A model generated the notes under the pieces. That model ran no database searches. It saw nothing but the letters and a program-made list of their open reading frames with translations, and was not told where the DNA came from. From NCBI GenBank assembly GCA_009103225.1, contig RHPI01002076.1:150205-214204 (forward strand): a stretch of 64,000 nt of DNA, given 5' to 3'. Shown in pieces: positions 63,183 through 64,000 of this stretch (within the stretch, counting starts at the first letter, position 1; each line of letters starts with the position of its first letter). The position numbers and the translations under genes were made by a program. The DNA comes from Chlorokybus atmophyticus. Its lineage: Eukaryota; Plantae; Mesostigma and Chlorokybus algae.

Positions 63183-64000
63183 ATGGAGGATGCTCGCATG
63201 GAAGAGCTTCAAGCTGCCATCTTGGCACTGAGGGAAGAGCTTCATCACACTCAAGCGGCGGCACAAGCACAACGCGAGGCGTATGAGCATGCGATGGCGC
63301 GTGTACAAATTCCCATGGCATCAAGCTCGCGAGTGCATGTGAAGGTGCCAAAGCCCAAGCCATTTAAGGGTCAACGTGATGGAGATGCAGTGGATGAATG
63401 GATTTTTCAAGTATCGTCTTTGTTGAAGCTCACGGAGGTGCCAACGCATCTGCACGTGGAGGTTGCAGCGACATTGCTTGAAGGTGCAGCACTTGTGTGG
63501 TGGAGGCATCGATGTACGCGTGTTACAAATGGGTTGGCGCTACCATTGACCACCATGGAAGAGTTGGCACTGGAGGTCAGGCATCAATTTGTTCCCGTTG
63601 AGAGCGTGAAGGCCGCACGCGACAAACTTGCAGCCCTTGTGCAAATGGGGTCGGTGATGGCGTACACGGCCGCGTTTCAGCGATTGGTGATGTCCATACC
63701 CAATATGACCGAGGAGGAGCAGTTGGACAGGTATACACGTGGTTTAAAACCTTTGGGGCGTAAAGAAGTGGAGCTACGGGACCCGAAGACACTCGCGGAG
63801 GCTATACGCATCGCGGAGCGTCTCGACGCGTTGTACTTCAAGTCCACCACAAGAAACACTGACTGGAGGCAAAGGCATGGTGATCAGCCCCGGGGAGGCT
63901 TTCAACATGCATGGAGACGAGGAGAACCAAGTTCAGCACTTGCCAATGGAGGTGGAGCTGACTCTGGGCCTGCACCAATGGAGGTGGGTGCCATACACAC
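63183..64000 (+). CDS. Retrotransposon gag (partial, runs off the window)
   Basis: MEDARMEEL...VPKPKPFKG...EWIFQV...LLEGAALVWW...ARDKLAALVQMGSVMAYTAAF...RYTRGLKP...PKTLAEAIRIAERLD...GPAPMEVG. No stop before 64000. Confidence 0.92.
   Translation, partial: MEDARMEELQAAILALREELHHTQAAAQAQREAYEHAMARVQIPMASSSRVHVKVPKPKPFKGQRDGDAVDEWIFQVSSLLKLTEVPTHLHVEVAATLLEGAALVWWRHRCTRVTNGLALPLTTMEELALEVRHQFVPVESVKAARDKLAALVQMGSVMAYTAAFQRLVMSIPNMTEEEQLDRYTRGLKPLGRKEVELRDPKTLAEAIRIAERLDALYFKSTTRNTDWRQRHGDQPRGGFQHAWRRGEPSSALANGGGADSGPAPMEVGAIH

Larger units (their letters stand above)
62417..64000 (+). mobile_element. Ty3/gypsy LTR retrotransposon 2, 5' end (LTR, PBS, gag), nested in element 1
   Basis: TGTAAC at 62417 through GTCACA at 63088, then the PBS TGGTATCGGAGC, then a gag ORF that runs off the window. 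Confidence 0.88.

Overview
This is intron-rich eukaryotic nuclear DNA with GT-AG introns, CA/TG-rich introns, (AG)n microsatellites and three long N-gaps. A plant-type plastid ATP sulfurylase and an MAA3-type helicase suggest a streptophyte green alga or another non-angiosperm green lineage; that assignment is inference. 0-40 kb is a birth-and-death cluster of ubiquitin-ligase-related genes built from inverted segmental duplications. It holds four RBR (RING1-IBR-RING2) E3 copies, two of which splice into intact 8-exon ORFs ending in a CCCH finger and two of which are pseudogenes. It also holds two short BTB/POZ genes (one disrupted), decayed BTB/BACK-like and F-box-like remnants, and kinase-like scraps. 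40.4-43.1 kb contains a disrupted, truncated HAP2/GCS1 gamete-fusogen gene that the ORF track misses. An intact 17-exon SEN1/MAA3-like helicase (45.3-50.2 kb, -) and an intact 9-exon ATP sulfurylase (53.3-55.7 kb, +) follow. The right end is a Ty3/gypsy chromovirus (-) with a Dam-like N-terminal pol segment and a nonsense-interrupted chromodomain; a second Ty3/gypsy element (+; LTR, PBS, gag) is inserted into its gag. All exon models were built by eye from splice consensus and frame continuity, and all family assignments come from remembered motifs, not database searches.
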